DNA of 40,603 nucleotides, taken from the IMG/VR virus record IMGVR_UViG_3300048856_000127, positions 1 through 40,603 of that record; one strand, written 5' to 3'. Source of the stretch: a virus (taxonomy: Duplodnaviria > Caudoviricetes). The stretch's first letter is position 1, and each line of letters opens with the position of its first letter. Below the pieces are notes generated by a model that was not told the DNA's origin, ran no database searches, and was given only the letters and a program-made list of their open reading frames with translations. Shown in pieces: positions 26,137 to 35,240 of the stretch. The translations under genes and the position numbers were made by a program.

Positions 26137-27945
26137 TCATAGTTCGTCCTCCGGATGGGTGTCGCGCGGAGGTGGATAGCGGTCGGCATCGTCCGTCGAG
26201 TCGGACTTGCGGCCCATGAACTTATCAAGCACGCGGATGCCGCGGTAGAGCGTGGTGCCGCTCTTCGACTTCCAGAACTGCTTCATCTCCTTCTGCGGGC
26301 TCTCCCACATCTTGCGGGTCTGGTCTGGCAGGCGCCGGGAGAAGGTGGAAGCCTTGAAGTCAGGCAAGCCCTCCAGTCGCGCGAAGTTGGAGTAGCCGAT
26401 GTGCATGTTTTCCGGCGTCTCGCTGTCATCCTCGCGACCGGTGACCATGCATGCGCCTCGAATAAACGCGCCGAGAGGATCGCTTTCCTGCCTATATTCC
26501 TCGGTTGCCGCGAGTACCTTCTCCGGAGGTCGGAGGCCCATGGTGAGGTAGTCCAGCGCGCCGGCAACCATCCAGGCGAAGACGCCATCAGCCTCGCGTC
26601 GCAGCTTCTTCGGTAGCTCAGGATCTACCTGTTCTTTCGGCACCTGTATTTCGAAGAAGATCAGCATCACGCGCCGCCAGATCCCATCCGAGTCATCGGT
26701 GATGATCGGCTTATGATTGCCCTGAAGCACGATCTTGAATTGCGGTATGAGCTCAAAGAAGTCCTGATGCAGTCGACGTACCGAGATCTTGTCGCCACCG
26801 GTGAGTGTTTTGATCAGCGCATCCTTGAGGCGAACCCCCATCTCAGGCTCTGAGGCGGAGACCATGCGAGCGCCAGGCAAGCGGGCAAGGTCTGGTGTTG
26901 CCTCGCCTCCACCCTTGCGGCTGTCACCAGCGAAGCTGTCAATGGATAGGGAGACCGCATAATCGCCGAGGACGTCCACCATGAGATCGACAAGCGTGGA
27001 CTTTCCGTTGCGCCCGGCTCCATAGAAGAAGAGCAAGCACTGCTCCACGGTGAGCCCCAAAAGGCAATAGCCGAAGTAGCGTTGCAGGAAGCGCCGCAGA
27101 TCCACGTCCGGCATGATCTGCTTGAAGAAGCGATCGAACTCGGGCGCCTGCGCCTCTGGATCGAAACGCACCGGAGCCAGCTTGGTGATGAAGTCGCGAG
27201 GATCATGTGGGTCGAGCCTCACCTTCCACCGGATCTGCCCATCCTTCTCCGCCTGGACGAAACGGAGAGTGCCGCTTCTCGTGTTGATGGCATAGAGATC
27301 GAGGTTCAGATCGTTGACCAGCTTGGCGCAATGAGGCGCGGCCTCGGTTAGCATATTGTTGATTTTCGTCGTGCCGGCGGAGCTCTTCGCATGACTATGG
27401 CGAGATGACATGCGTCCTGCTCTCGCCTTGTCCGCATCACGCATGGCAGCCACACGCTCTTCGAGCTTTTCGTACCTCTCGAGATCCTCCGCGGACCACT
27501 TCTTGTCAGGTTTTCCAATCTCTTTTATCTCGGCGAGCGCCAGTCGCCCGTCCTCGATCGCGGTCCTCTCATCTTGTTCGGCATCCAGCATGATTGCCTC
27601 ATCGTCGATGAATTCCGCCGTTTTCTGGGCTAGAGGTCGAACCACAGAGCCGTCTTCGTCCTCCTTCCATCGCATGCCGTCGTAGCCGTGCCATCCAACT
27701 CTGGCCACGTAGAGGATCTTGTGGCCGTACCTCGTCAGGAGGCGATTGGCATTGCCGATATCCGTCTCCGGCAGCGCGGCGCATTCTTCGAGCAACTCCT
27801 CCGCAGAAAGCACGAGGGCGGGTTCGCGTGCGCCGACACCTTCAACAATCAAGGGGTCCGGGTGATTGTCGAAGTAGCGTCGCTGACCTTCCGCCCTCGC
27901 AATCATTTCCGCGACGGCGGCCGGTATGTTCACATGCTGATTCAC
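26137..27945 (-). CDS. P4/D5-family SF3 helicase (primase-associated)
   Basis: TDIGNANRL, Walker A GAGRNGKST, KTLTGGD and DDSDGIWRR motifs. Confidence 0.92.
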   Translation of the reverse strand: MNQHVNIPAAVAEMIARAEGQRRYFDNHPDPLIVEGVGAREPALVLSAEELLEECAALPETDIGNANRLLTRYGHKILYVARVGWHGYDGMRWKEDEDGSVVRPLAQKTAEFIDDEAIMLDAEQDERTAIEDGRLALAEIKEIGKPDKKWSAEDLERYEKLEERVAAMRDADKARAGRMSSRHSHAKSSAGTTKINNMLTEAAPHCAKLVNDLNLDLYAINTRSGTLRFVQAEKDGQIRWKVRLDPHDPRDFITKLAPVRFDPEAQAPEFDRFFKQIMPDVDLRRFLQRYFGYCLLGLTVEQCLLFFYGAGRNGKSTLVDLMVDVLGDYAVSLSIDSFAGDSRKGGGEATPDLARLPGARMVSASEPEMGVRLKDALIKTLTGGDKISVRRLHQDFFELIPQFKIVLQGNHKPIITDDSDGIWRRVMLIFFEIQVPKEQVDPELPKKLRREADGVFAWMVAGALDYLTMGLRPPEKVLAATEEYRQESDPLGAFIRGACMVTGREDDSETPENMHIGYSNFARLEGLPDFKASTFSRRLPDQTRKMWESPQKEMKQFWKSKSGTTLYRGIRVLDKFMGRKSDSTDDADRYPPPRDTHPEDEL

Positions 27946-27946
27946 G

Positions 27947-29191
27947 TCACTTCCCCGTCATGCAGTCTGCAAAGTCCCGACCTTCGGGAGGCCAGATCGT
28001 GGTGACGCGCCGCCCCTCGCGGGCCATCCGCTTTTCCGCACGGGCCATTGCGGCGGCGGTAAACACAATCTCGCTATCTCCATCGGCCAGGAGCACCAGG
28101 CTCTCGACATGCTCCGGAACCTGCATCGCATCGTCCGTACCCTGATCGGCGCGCGGCTCCGGTCCCTGGATGGTCACCGCACGCTCGCGTCCTCGCGTAT
28201 CGGTTCTCTTGATGCTCGGATGCTTGAAGTTCGACTTCGCGTCGGCCGGGCCCGCGAGATTCCCGATATCGCCGGCTGCGAAATAGAAGGTATCTTCCCG
28301 GAAGCCTTCGGCGCCGGCGATCGCCATCCCGTTCTCGATGCCCTCGCCACCGACCCACCGGGTGGCCGTCATCAGGCCGAAAATCGGAACTAGCCCGCCT
28401 TTTTTAACCCCGCGCATTTTCTTGGTGGGGAGCGGCTCGCCTTTTTCATCCGCGCCGAGCTCGGGTCGAAATTTCGGCTCGCGCCCGATGTCGATCCATG
28501 TCTGATGGCAGCCGATGATACGGCAGTCGAGATTGACGATCGGTGCCACCATCGCCGGGCCGCAGTAGCGCTCCGCCGGATAGCCTCGATCATCCTTTCC
28601 GTGCCAATAGGTCAGCCGAGCTGCATATCGCAGATTGGCGAAAACTTCCGGGACGGCCTTGAAGCCGGTACGCCGAAGGAGATAGTCGCTTACCATGCCG
28701 TCGGTATCGTCCTGAGCGGCAAGGTAGATGCCTCGGGCCTGATTGATCTCCCGCTCGCGGAATTCATTCTGCCGGATCTCGTTCTGAGCAGCCTGCTCCT
28801 CATTTCGCCGCTTTCGATCAACGATGCGCTGAAGACGAGCTGCGCGGTCTTCTTCCGTCTCGCGCTCGTCTTCATCGGGGACCGGCTTGCCGAGTGCGTC
28901 AGCGCAGGCAGCAAGAAGGCCGCCGCGTGTTGCTACGTTGTGGTGCCCTGCCAGAGCCATCAGTGCGATACCATCACGGCCCTTCCCGTCGCACTGCCGG
29001 CAATTGAAGGCGTTGATCCTTGTATTGATAGAGAAACGATCATTGCCACCGCATGCAGGGCACGGACCCGCATAGTTCCGGTACGGCGTCAACGGCTCAC
29101 TGTTGGCGTGCCGGATGCCGAGCATCTGGGCGGCCTCCAATACGGTGACGGCGCGGGCCTCCTCGATGAACAAGTCGACGACGGTGCTCAC
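27947..29191 (-). CDS. Primase with P4-alpha zinc ribbon and TOPRIM domain
   Basis: GPCPACGGNDRF..CRQC, GEGIE and LADGD motifs. Confidence 0.85.
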   Translation of the reverse strand: MSTVVDLFIEEARAVTVLEAAQMLGIRHANSEPLTPYRNYAGPCPACGGNDRFSINTRINAFNCRQCDGKGRDGIALMALAGHHNVATRGGLLAACADALGKPVPDEDERETEEDRAARLQRIVDRKRRNEEQAAQNEIRQNEFREREINQARGIYLAAQDDTDGMVSDYLLRRTGFKAVPEVFANLRYAARLTYWHGKDDRGYPAERYCGPAMVAPIVNLDCRIIGCHQTWIDIGREPKFRPELGADEKGEPLPTKKMRGVKKGGLVPIFGLMTATRWVGGEGIENGMAIAGAEGFREDTFYFAAGDIGNLAGPADAKSNFKHPSIKRTDTRGRERAVTIQGPEPRADQGTDDAMQVPEHVESLVLLADGDSEIVFTAAAMARAEKRMAREGRRVTTIWPPEGRDFADCMTGK

Positions 29192-29529
29192 GCGGTGGCC
29201 TCCCGCATCGGTACGCCATCGTACATTCGGCAGGCATGGATATCGTCCTCCTGGGCAATGCGCACGGCGCCCTGCCTCTGCAGCGCCTCAAGTGCCAGAT
29301 CGAGATCGAAACCCTCGGCGGTGGCGCGCCAGCACTCGCGATTCACAGCAATGAATGGCGTTCCGCGCCTAACGCCGCGCAGCTGGATCGCTCTGGTCAC
29401 GTTTCGGAACCCCTGAATATACGGAGGCTCCAGGCCATTTTGCTTTGCTGCATGGAAGCACTCGAAAAGGGTCGGGGCGACGATCAGCAGAATCCGATCT
29501 CTTTTCACGAGCTTGATCATCAGACCCAC
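29188..29529 (-). CDS. Hypothetical protein
   Basis: Coupled ORF in the early operon. Confidence 0.65.
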   Translation of the reverse strand: MGLMIKLVKRDRILLIVAPTLFECFHAAKQNGLEPPYIQGFRNVTRAIQLRGVRRGTPFIAVNRECWRATAEGFDLDLALEALQRQGAVRIAQEDDIHACRMYDGVPMREATA

Positions 29530-29942
29530 CTTTGCGTCAAAACGAGTTTCTTGATCTCTGGCTCGGGGTGAGGCAGGGCGCTCTCTCGTTCATGGGGGTC
29601 GGAGATGCCGAGGGCTGTGCCCGCAGCCAGGAGTTCCGCCATGCGAGCCTTGTGGCGGCTGACCCAATCGACGATCCGCGCCTCGTCTTGCTCGTCGATG
29701 TAATCGATCCCACCCTTAAGTCGCCGCTCCCGCCACGCCCACTCTGCAGCACCGGCCTTGGGGCCGCCAGGCGAGTACCAGACAGCACGGCACTTCGTGC
29801 CATCCTCAATCGCGAGAATGGCCTGGGGATCGGAAAGGACGCTAACCCACTTCGGCGCGTTCGTCGGTGCGCAGCACAGCATGTAGGCGAGCGCCCGATC
29901 CGGCCGGTCGGTCACAATGACGAAGCGGGTGCGCTCATGCAT
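29520..29942 (-). CDS. Hypothetical protein
   Basis: Coupled ORF in the early operon. Confidence 0.65.
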   Translation of the reverse strand: MHERTRFVIVTDRPDRALAYMLCCAPTNAPKWVSVLSDPQAILAIEDGTKCRAVWYSPGGPKAGAAEWAWRERRLKGGIDYIDEQDEARIVDWVSRHKARMAELLAAGTALGISDPHERESALPHPEPEIKKLVLTQRWV

Positions 29943-30936
29943 GTTCCGCCGCCTCCTGCTCCACGTCCTCGAAGAGGCGCTCCTCTTCTGGCTTGTCGAG
30001 CTCAGCGAGGTTGCGGACCGCCTGCGCGTAATAGGATGGCTTCAGCTCGAAACCGATCCCTCGCCGGCCCATATCGACGGAAGCAAAGACTTCGGAGCCG
30101 ATACCGAGAAACGGGGTCAGCACCGTTTCCCCAGGCGATGACCACAGATCAAGGCATCGCTCGATCACATCCAGCTGCAGCGGTGAGATATGCTGCTCGT
30201 CCTTATGATCGCGCGCCATCCGATACTGCAGGGTGCGCGTCTGACGGATATCGGACCAAACCGGCGAAGCATATCGCTGCCAAACCAGCACTGAGCGCCA
30301 CATGTCGATCGGCCATGGCTTCTGTCCAGGGTTCATGCCGCGGCAGTACCGCTCGTAGCCGTCCTGGCTGATGTCGAGCCCCTCGCCATGGAAGGTGTCG
30401 AACATGCCCTTGATGGGATCCTCGTTCTCGCCCTGCTTGCGGAACGTCACGACGTAATCCGCCAGACCCATGCCGGAAAGAGAGCTGTCCTTTACGATCT
30501 GCTTGTGCAGAAGACGAATGCTCTTGGTGCGCTGCTGCGCGACGACGGGATCCTTCCAGATGCAAACCTCGGAATGGAATATCCACCCAGCGGCTTGGTA
30601 GGCACGGATCACCTCACCCCGGAAATCGCGCATGCCGATAAAGCCATCTCGGTTCTTCGAGGTCGGCAACTGCATGCAATGCACCGAGTGCAGGCGGCCG
30701 GGTTTGGTCACGCGGAGTAGCTCTGCGATCAGAAACCCGTAGTGGGTCCAGAAATCCTCACCGTCATTGTTGGAAATATCGCGATCGTAATTAGAGAACC
30801 GGTAGAGCCCCTCAAAGGGAGGAGAGTGGATCCCGAAATGCACGCTCGCATCCGGTACACCCCTGATCAATTCGCAACAGTCGCCCTGGTAGATTGCGTA
30901 ACGATCGGTAATCAGCTGATCGACGGCATGGATCAT
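29935..30936 (-). CDS. DNA methyltransferase, N4-C/N6-A beta class
   Basis: Catalytic SPPF motif precedes the SAM-binding TPFLGIGSE; GIGFELK. Confidence 0.9.
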   Translation of the reverse strand: MIHAVDQLITDRYAIYQGDCCELIRGVPDASVHFGIHSPPFEGLYRFSNYDRDISNNDGEDFWTHYGFLIAELLRVTKPGRLHSVHCMQLPTSKNRDGFIGMRDFRGEVIRAYQAAGWIFHSEVCIWKDPVVAQQRTKSIRLLHKQIVKDSSLSGMGLADYVVTFRKQGENEDPIKGMFDTFHGEGLDISQDGYERYCRGMNPGQKPWPIDMWRSVLVWQRYASPVWSDIRQTRTLQYRMARDHKDEQHISPLQLDVIERCLDLWSSPGETVLTPFLGIGSEVFASVDMGRRGIGFELKPSYYAQAVRNLAELDKPEEERLFEDVEQEAAEHA

Positions 30937-32318
30937 GCGGCTTCTCCGGTCATCCAGTGGGGAATGGTCATGGACTGTGCGGGCGCATAGTCCGGCACGT
31001 CGCGGGCAAGGCCCCGCACCGCTTCGGAAGAGAGGTCCGCCATATGCCGCACCATGGCCCCAGCCATTCGGTCGGCATCCTCTTCCTTGCGGCGCAGGTT
31101 GGAGACGACGGCGCCTTCGCGCTCGTCGGCAATGAAATGTGCATTGACCGGCTGCGACTGGCCGAACCGCCAGAATCGTCGGATTGCCTGATAGACCTGC
31201 TCGAAGCTGTCATTGAGGCCGACGAAGCCGGTATCGGCGCAGTGCTGCCAATTCATGCCGAAGCCGGCGATTGATGGCTTGGTGATCAGATGAAGGATGC
31301 GGCCTTCGGAGAAGGCCTTCAGCTTGCGCTCTTTATCCCCCTCCGAGTCGGATCCCGAAAGGTTGACCGAGCCGGGGATACCTTTCGCCAACATGTCTGC
31401 TTCGCTGTTGAGGTTGCACCACCAGACGAACGGCCGGTCCTTCGGCGTCATGGAGGTCGCCATGCTTACCCGGCTCTCGACGCTGTCGCGCCGCACCGCC
31501 AGGCGCTCGGAAAGGCTCTTTGCTTCCATCGGGAAAAGCAGGCCGGTTTCCAGATTGGGCTTGTATTCCGCATGGACAGTATGATGGTGATAGCTGAGCG
31601 GCGGCAGATCGTAGCCCTCGTCGGAATATCCGAGATCGGACGGCTTGCGCAGCATCACCGCCCATGAAGCCATCCACCGCCAGAAGTCATCCTCCGCATG
31701 GCCCTTAAGTCGCCATTTCTTGGTGTCTCCACCATCGTGCACGAAGAAGGTCGCCAGCATGTCGGTAAAGCGCATCACGCCGAGAAACTCGGCATGATTA
31801 CCGAGTTCCATGAAATCGTTCGGCGCAGGAGTTGCGGTCGCCGCGAGCCGGAATGGAATGCGATGGCACTCACTGATCAGCTTCGTGCGATAGTGGCCGT
31901 CGACATTCTTGAGGATCGAGCTTTCGTCCAGGGCAACACCGCCGAACGACGAAAGATCGAAGTGATCGAGCTTCTGGTAATTGGATATGTCAATCGCGCC
32001 GGCACCACGAGCGCTGACCACCTGCGCAGAGATCGAGAATTTGTCGGCTTCGCGCATATGCTGGTGGCTGACCGCGAGCGGCGCCAGCAGCAGCACCGGA
32101 CGGCCGGTAAATTCCGACACGCGATGAGACCAGACTAGCTCCATAAGGGTCTTTCCGAGGCCGGTTCCTGCGAAGATCGCAGCCCTGCCGCGCCGGAGCG
32201 CCCATCGCGTAATATCCCGCTGATGAGGGAAGAGGAAATCAGGCAGATCGATGGTGCCAGTGATGCCGGTTGCCGGGTCCTGAATGCGCTTCTGCTGGAG
32301 GAAAGACTGGTAATCCAT
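30933..32318 (-). CDS. SNF2-like SF2 helicase
   Basis: GTGLGKT, LDESS, TATPAPN, GFGMNWQ and QAIRRFWRFGQ motifs. Confidence 0.9.
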   Translation of the reverse strand: MDYQSFLQQKRIQDPATGITGTIDLPDFLFPHQRDITRWALRRGRAAIFAGTGLGKTLMELVWSHRVSEFTGRPVLLLAPLAVSHQHMREADKFSISAQVVSARGAGAIDISNYQKLDHFDLSSFGGVALDESSILKNVDGHYRTKLISECHRIPFRLAATATPAPNDFMELGNHAEFLGVMRFTDMLATFFVHDGGDTKKWRLKGHAEDDFWRWMASWAVMLRKPSDLGYSDEGYDLPPLSYHHHTVHAEYKPNLETGLLFPMEAKSLSERLAVRRDSVESRVSMATSMTPKDRPFVWWCNLNSEADMLAKGIPGSVNLSGSDSEGDKERKLKAFSEGRILHLITKPSIAGFGMNWQHCADTGFVGLNDSFEQVYQAIRRFWRFGQSQPVNAHFIADEREGAVVSNLRRKEEDADRMAGAMVRHMADLSSEAVRGLARDVPDYAPAQSMTIPHWMTGEAA

Positions 32319-32860
32319 CACGCCGCCCTTCCCCGCAGGATCATTATATGCGCCTGGCAGTACCCGCCGAGGCCTTCTGTCTGTTGCCCGCAGCACGGCG
32401 TTTGCGGACCCGATTTCACCTCGAAGCACTCAAGCGGGAAGCGGCACTGCCGGCTGTCGAGGGCAGCGAAGGGGATCGGGTCGGCTCCGGCGAGGCGGTA
32501 CCGGCCGAGATCCGTGCGAACTCCGTCGGCCGGGGGCGCGGCCCATATGGGTTCGAAATTTGGAACAGCTTTAGTCGCAGGCGTCCGCTCGACGCGGGAC
32601 GATGCCTTCGCCACCATCCGTTTGCGTGCACCACGGATCGCGAGTGTACTGACTGGCCGGATCGCCCTACTGCTCCGTCCGTTGGTCTTTTTCGGCTCAC
32701 GCAGCGGAAAAGCGTCACGGTTTCTGTTCGCGAGGCCAAGAACGGCCATTCGCGTCACATTGAGAGCCGTGCCGATCTGGCTGGCTGAAAGGCCCTCAGC
32801 CCACATCTTCGCGGCCTTGTCCTTATTCTCCGGGGTCCAGACCGAGCGATCAGCCATCAT
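32318..32860 (-). CDS. GcrA-like transcriptional regulator
   Basis: WT..N...MWAEGLSASQIG..L..TR.AVLG..R N-terminal domain; C-terminal CRFP...C...YCQAH. Confidence 0.85.
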   Translation of the reverse strand: MMADRSVWTPENKDKAAKMWAEGLSASQIGTALNVTRMAVLGLANRNRDAFPLREPKKTNGRSSRAIRPVSTLAIRGARKRMVAKASSRVERTPATKAVPNFEPIWAAPPADGVRTDLGRYRLAGADPIPFAALDSRQCRFPLECFEVKSGPQTPCCGQQTEGLGGYCQAHIMILRGRAA

Positions 32861-33324
32861 CTCGCCCTCACCTTATCCAGGGCGGCCTTCATGGCGCGCA
32901 TAGCCTCATCGATCTCGCGCGTGATTTCCTTCTCGTCGGCGCCGCAGACGCGGCCATCGGCAATCGCCTGTGTGATGGCGCGCACGACGTCGCCTGCCTC
33001 GTTGGCGATCGCAAGAGCATCCACTGCGCTCAGCGGGCTGCTGGCAGGCAGCTCCACACCGTCGACCGGAACGAGCTTATAGCCCTGCATTTCAGCCATG
33101 GCGGAAAGGATGATCGGGGAGCCTGCCTCAATGTCGCACTCGACAGCAACATCGATCGGCATGAAGGTCTCGGCGTGATCCTCGTTGGGCGACCCATACT
33201 TCGAAAGGTTGCCGGCCTTGATGCGGGTGACGGTGGAAAATGCCTCCCCTCCGCCAGCCATGCCGACGGAGCGGCGCGTCGCGGCCTTAAGGGTCAATCC
33301 CTGTTTGTCAGAAATAGTGCGCAA
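32857..33324 (-). CDS. CII-like regulatory protein
   Basis: Follows cro; FMPIDV and E.GDV..AI..A.ADGRV...E motifs. Confidence 0.65.
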   Translation of the reverse strand: MRTISDKQGLTLKAATRRSVGMAGGGEAFSTVTRIKAGNLSKYGSPNEDHAETFMPIDVAVECDIEAGSPIILSAMAEMQGYKLVPVDGVELPASSPLSAVDALAIANEAGDVVRAITQAIADGRVCGADEKEITREIDEAMRAMKAALDKVRAR

Positions 33325-33444
33325 AGCATCCTCCCTGAAAAATCAATGAAATTTTTCAGCTTCGAATTTCAGTGAATGGCAGCCGGCGGCGAGCTAGGTT
33401 CAGCTCATCAGATCACGGGGGACCACAAGATGTTCGAGACCACT

Positions 33445-33660
33445 TCATTCCGCAGCCTCCTGGGGGGCAGGGCCATAGATGTCCGGGCGCAGCCGATGAC
33501 GGGAGATGCCGGACATATCCTCAACAGCAAGCACACGCCCCGGAGGTACCTGATCCCACTGGAGGACAGCGGCAGGCGTAATTCCTAATTTTCTAGCCAT
33601 CTCGCTAGCCGAGCCAACGGCAGCGATAGCTTCATCCAGCGCGGGTTTGTTCGTCATCAT
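33445..33660 (-). CDS. cro: Cro-like repressor (YdaS family)
   Basis: GSASEMARKLGITPAAVLQW..VP...LRPDIYG; divergent from cI. Confidence 0.88.
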   Translation of the reverse strand: MMTNKPALDEAIAAVGSASEMARKLGITPAAVLQWDQVPPGRVLAVEDMSGISRHRLRPDIYGPAPQEAAE

Positions 33661-33668
33661 GCTAAGAT

Positions 33669-33706
33669 ATAAGCATAACTTAGAAACTCAGACAAGCGAT
33701 AATTGC
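33669..33706. promoter_or_regulatory. OR-like operators
   Basis: ATAAGCATAACTTAG (33669) and ACAAGCGATAATTGC (33692), 23 bp apart. Confidence 0.6.
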
Positions 33707-33742
33707 GTAGACGACGAAGTGTCCCTTAAGCCACTTATAAGC

Positions 33743-34435
33743 ATGGCTAAAAGCGAACTCCGTCTGAAAATTGGTACAGCGATCCGAACTGCGAGAAAGC
33801 GGCGGGGTCTCGTGCAGCGGAACCTTGCTGAGCACATGGGTATTGAAGTCGCGGCCGTCGGGATGTGGGAGAGCGGGCGCAATCTCCCCAGTACCGAGAA
33901 CCTCATGAAAACTGCGGAGCTTCTCCGTGTGGACCCCGCCGCCTTATCCCGCGGCGATATCCTCTATACCGATGACGAGCCGCTAGCTGATGCGGAAATA
34001 ATATCTGAACCGGCCGCTCCTCCAACCGGTCCCCTAGATGTCAAGCTAATGGGGGTGTCGTATGGCGGAGACGACGGAGACTTCTCATTTAACGGCGAAG
34101 TTTCTGGATACGTGAGGCGGCCGCCAGGCATTGCCGGGATGAATAATGTCTTTGCTCTTCACGTGTTAAGTGACAGCATGGTGCCCCGTTACGATCCAGG
34201 CGAGATCATTTACTGCGGTGGGCGCGAGCCCGTCCCTGGGGACCATGTAGTTGTGGAAACCTTCCCGGAGGCCGAAGGTCAGGCCGGCAAGTCCTTTATT
34301 AAAAAACTGAAACAAAGGACAGGCAGGGAGATCATCGTCGAGCAGTACAATCCTGCAAAGGAAATCACGTTCGACCGATATGCGATCAAGCACTTATGGC
34401 GCGTGATCCCATTGAAAGAACTTCTTGGCTTCTGA
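33743..34435 (+). CDS. cI: CI repressor (XRE HTH plus S24 peptidase)
   Basis: HTH ...VGMWESGRNLPS; S24 DSMVPRY and FIKKL motifs. Confidence 0.92.
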   Translation: MAKSELRLKIGTAIRTARKRRGLVQRNLAEHMGIEVAAVGMWESGRNLPSTENLMKTAELLRVDPAALSRGDILYTDDEPLADAEIISEPAAPPTGPLDVKLMGVSYGGDDGDFSFNGEVSGYVRRPPGIAGMNNVFALHVLSDSMVPRYDPGEIIYCGGREPVPGDHVVVETFPEAEGQAGKSFIKKLKQRTGREIIVEQYNPAKEITFDRYAIKHLWRVIPLKELLGF

Positions 34436-34685
34436 GAACCTCATATTCCGCGCGGACGCGGTCGGCATCTTTACTGAAGAACGCCTGCACCGTGACATTT
34501 TTGCCTGGTAAGCCGCCTTCCCTGCACGCTGAACACGCCAGTCGGCTTGATACCTCCGGTATCGGCGTATGGAGAGTGATGCCGGCCTTCAGCATCTTTG
34601 TTGGCATCAACCAACGACTCCGACCACAGTCCCCGCACTCAATACACAAACGGCTCGCGTGACCGAGCAAGACCTCTCCTGCCAT
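34386..34685 (-). CDS. Small zinc-ribbon protein, probably SOS-regulated
   Basis: CGDCG...CSAC; LexA box upstream; overlaps the 3' end of cI convergently. Confidence 0.7.
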   Translation of the reverse strand: MAGEVLLGHASRLCIECGDCGRSRWLMPTKMLKAGITLHTPIPEVSSRLACSACREGGLPGKNVTVQAFFSKDADRVRAEYEVLRSQEVLSMGSRAISA

Positions 34686-34703
34686 GTTGATTTCTCGCCT
34701 GTC

Positions 34704-34718
34704 GTTCTTGTTTGGTTC
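34704..34718. promoter_or_regulatory. Alphaproteobacterial LexA box
   Basis: GTTC-TTGTTTG-GTTC (GTTC-N7-GTTC). Confidence 0.75.
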
Positions 34719-34761
34719 TTATCTTTGATTCTTTCCGAGAAAGAGTCCAGCCTATTTGTTT

Positions 34762-34812
34762 ACAAGCGACACTTATAATTTTCGCTTGTGCCGGATTGTA
34801 ATTTGCGCTTAT
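34762..34812. promoter_or_regulatory. OL-like operators
   Basis: ACAAGCGACACTTAT (34762, +), ACAAGCGAAAATTAT (34775-34789, -) and ATAAGCGCAAATTAC (34798-34812, -). Confidence 0.6.
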
Positions 34813-34845
34813 ATCATCTGCATCCCAATCTAAGGAGATGCAGCG

Positions 34846-35079
34846 ATGATCCGCTTTGAACCGATCCGCACACCGAAATCCAGCCAGGTGCCCCAGCGCT
34901 GCGTCCGCTCCCTCGAAGAGCGGATGGCTGACGACATGCGTGAGCTTGCCTTTGCTGGCCGCAATGTCAGCACCGAAACATTGCTTGAGTGCGGATGGAC
35001 CCGCTCCACGATCAAGCGTCTGGGTCCTGTCGCAGTCGAAATCGCTCGACGCAAGTCTACTCGGCAGGTGGCGCAATGA
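34846..35079 (+). CDS. Hypothetical early protein
   Basis: TAAGGAG RBS; first gene after OL. Confidence 0.75.
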   Translation: MIRFEPIRTPKSSQVPQRCVRSLEERMADDMRELAFAGRNVSTETLLECGWTRSTIKRLGPVAVEIARRKSTRQVAQ

Positions 35080-35240
35080 AGCCGGAGCGTCTTTTCCTCG
35101 ACGATGCGCCCTTGCCCCAGGGTCAGGGCCTGCTCGACATCCTCGCTGAGAGGGTGGCGATCTGGAACCGGGCCCTCGCCTACCTTCTGTCAGGCGTGAC
35201 CTTTTTCCTCATCGGTTTCTTTGCCGCGACGAGGTTTTGA
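35076..35240 (+). CDS. Small membrane protein
   Basis: ATGA overlap; C-terminal hydrophobic helix. Confidence 0.6.
   Translation: MKPERLFLDDAPLPQGQGLLDILAERVAIWNRALAYLLSGVTFFLIGFFAATRF

Noticed and set aside
25709-26140. 143-aa ORF between the helicase and the Q-position gene
   Set aside because: It runs across the iteron cluster and its repeated peptides (LGTLGT, LSSLASLSS) merely translate the DNA repeats. It is probably non-coding, though its abutting ends mean it cannot be fully excluded.
29935-32318. Type III restriction-modification or DISARM/BREX system
   Set aside because: No nuclease or partner genes are present; the helicase-methylase pair sits in the phage early replication operon.
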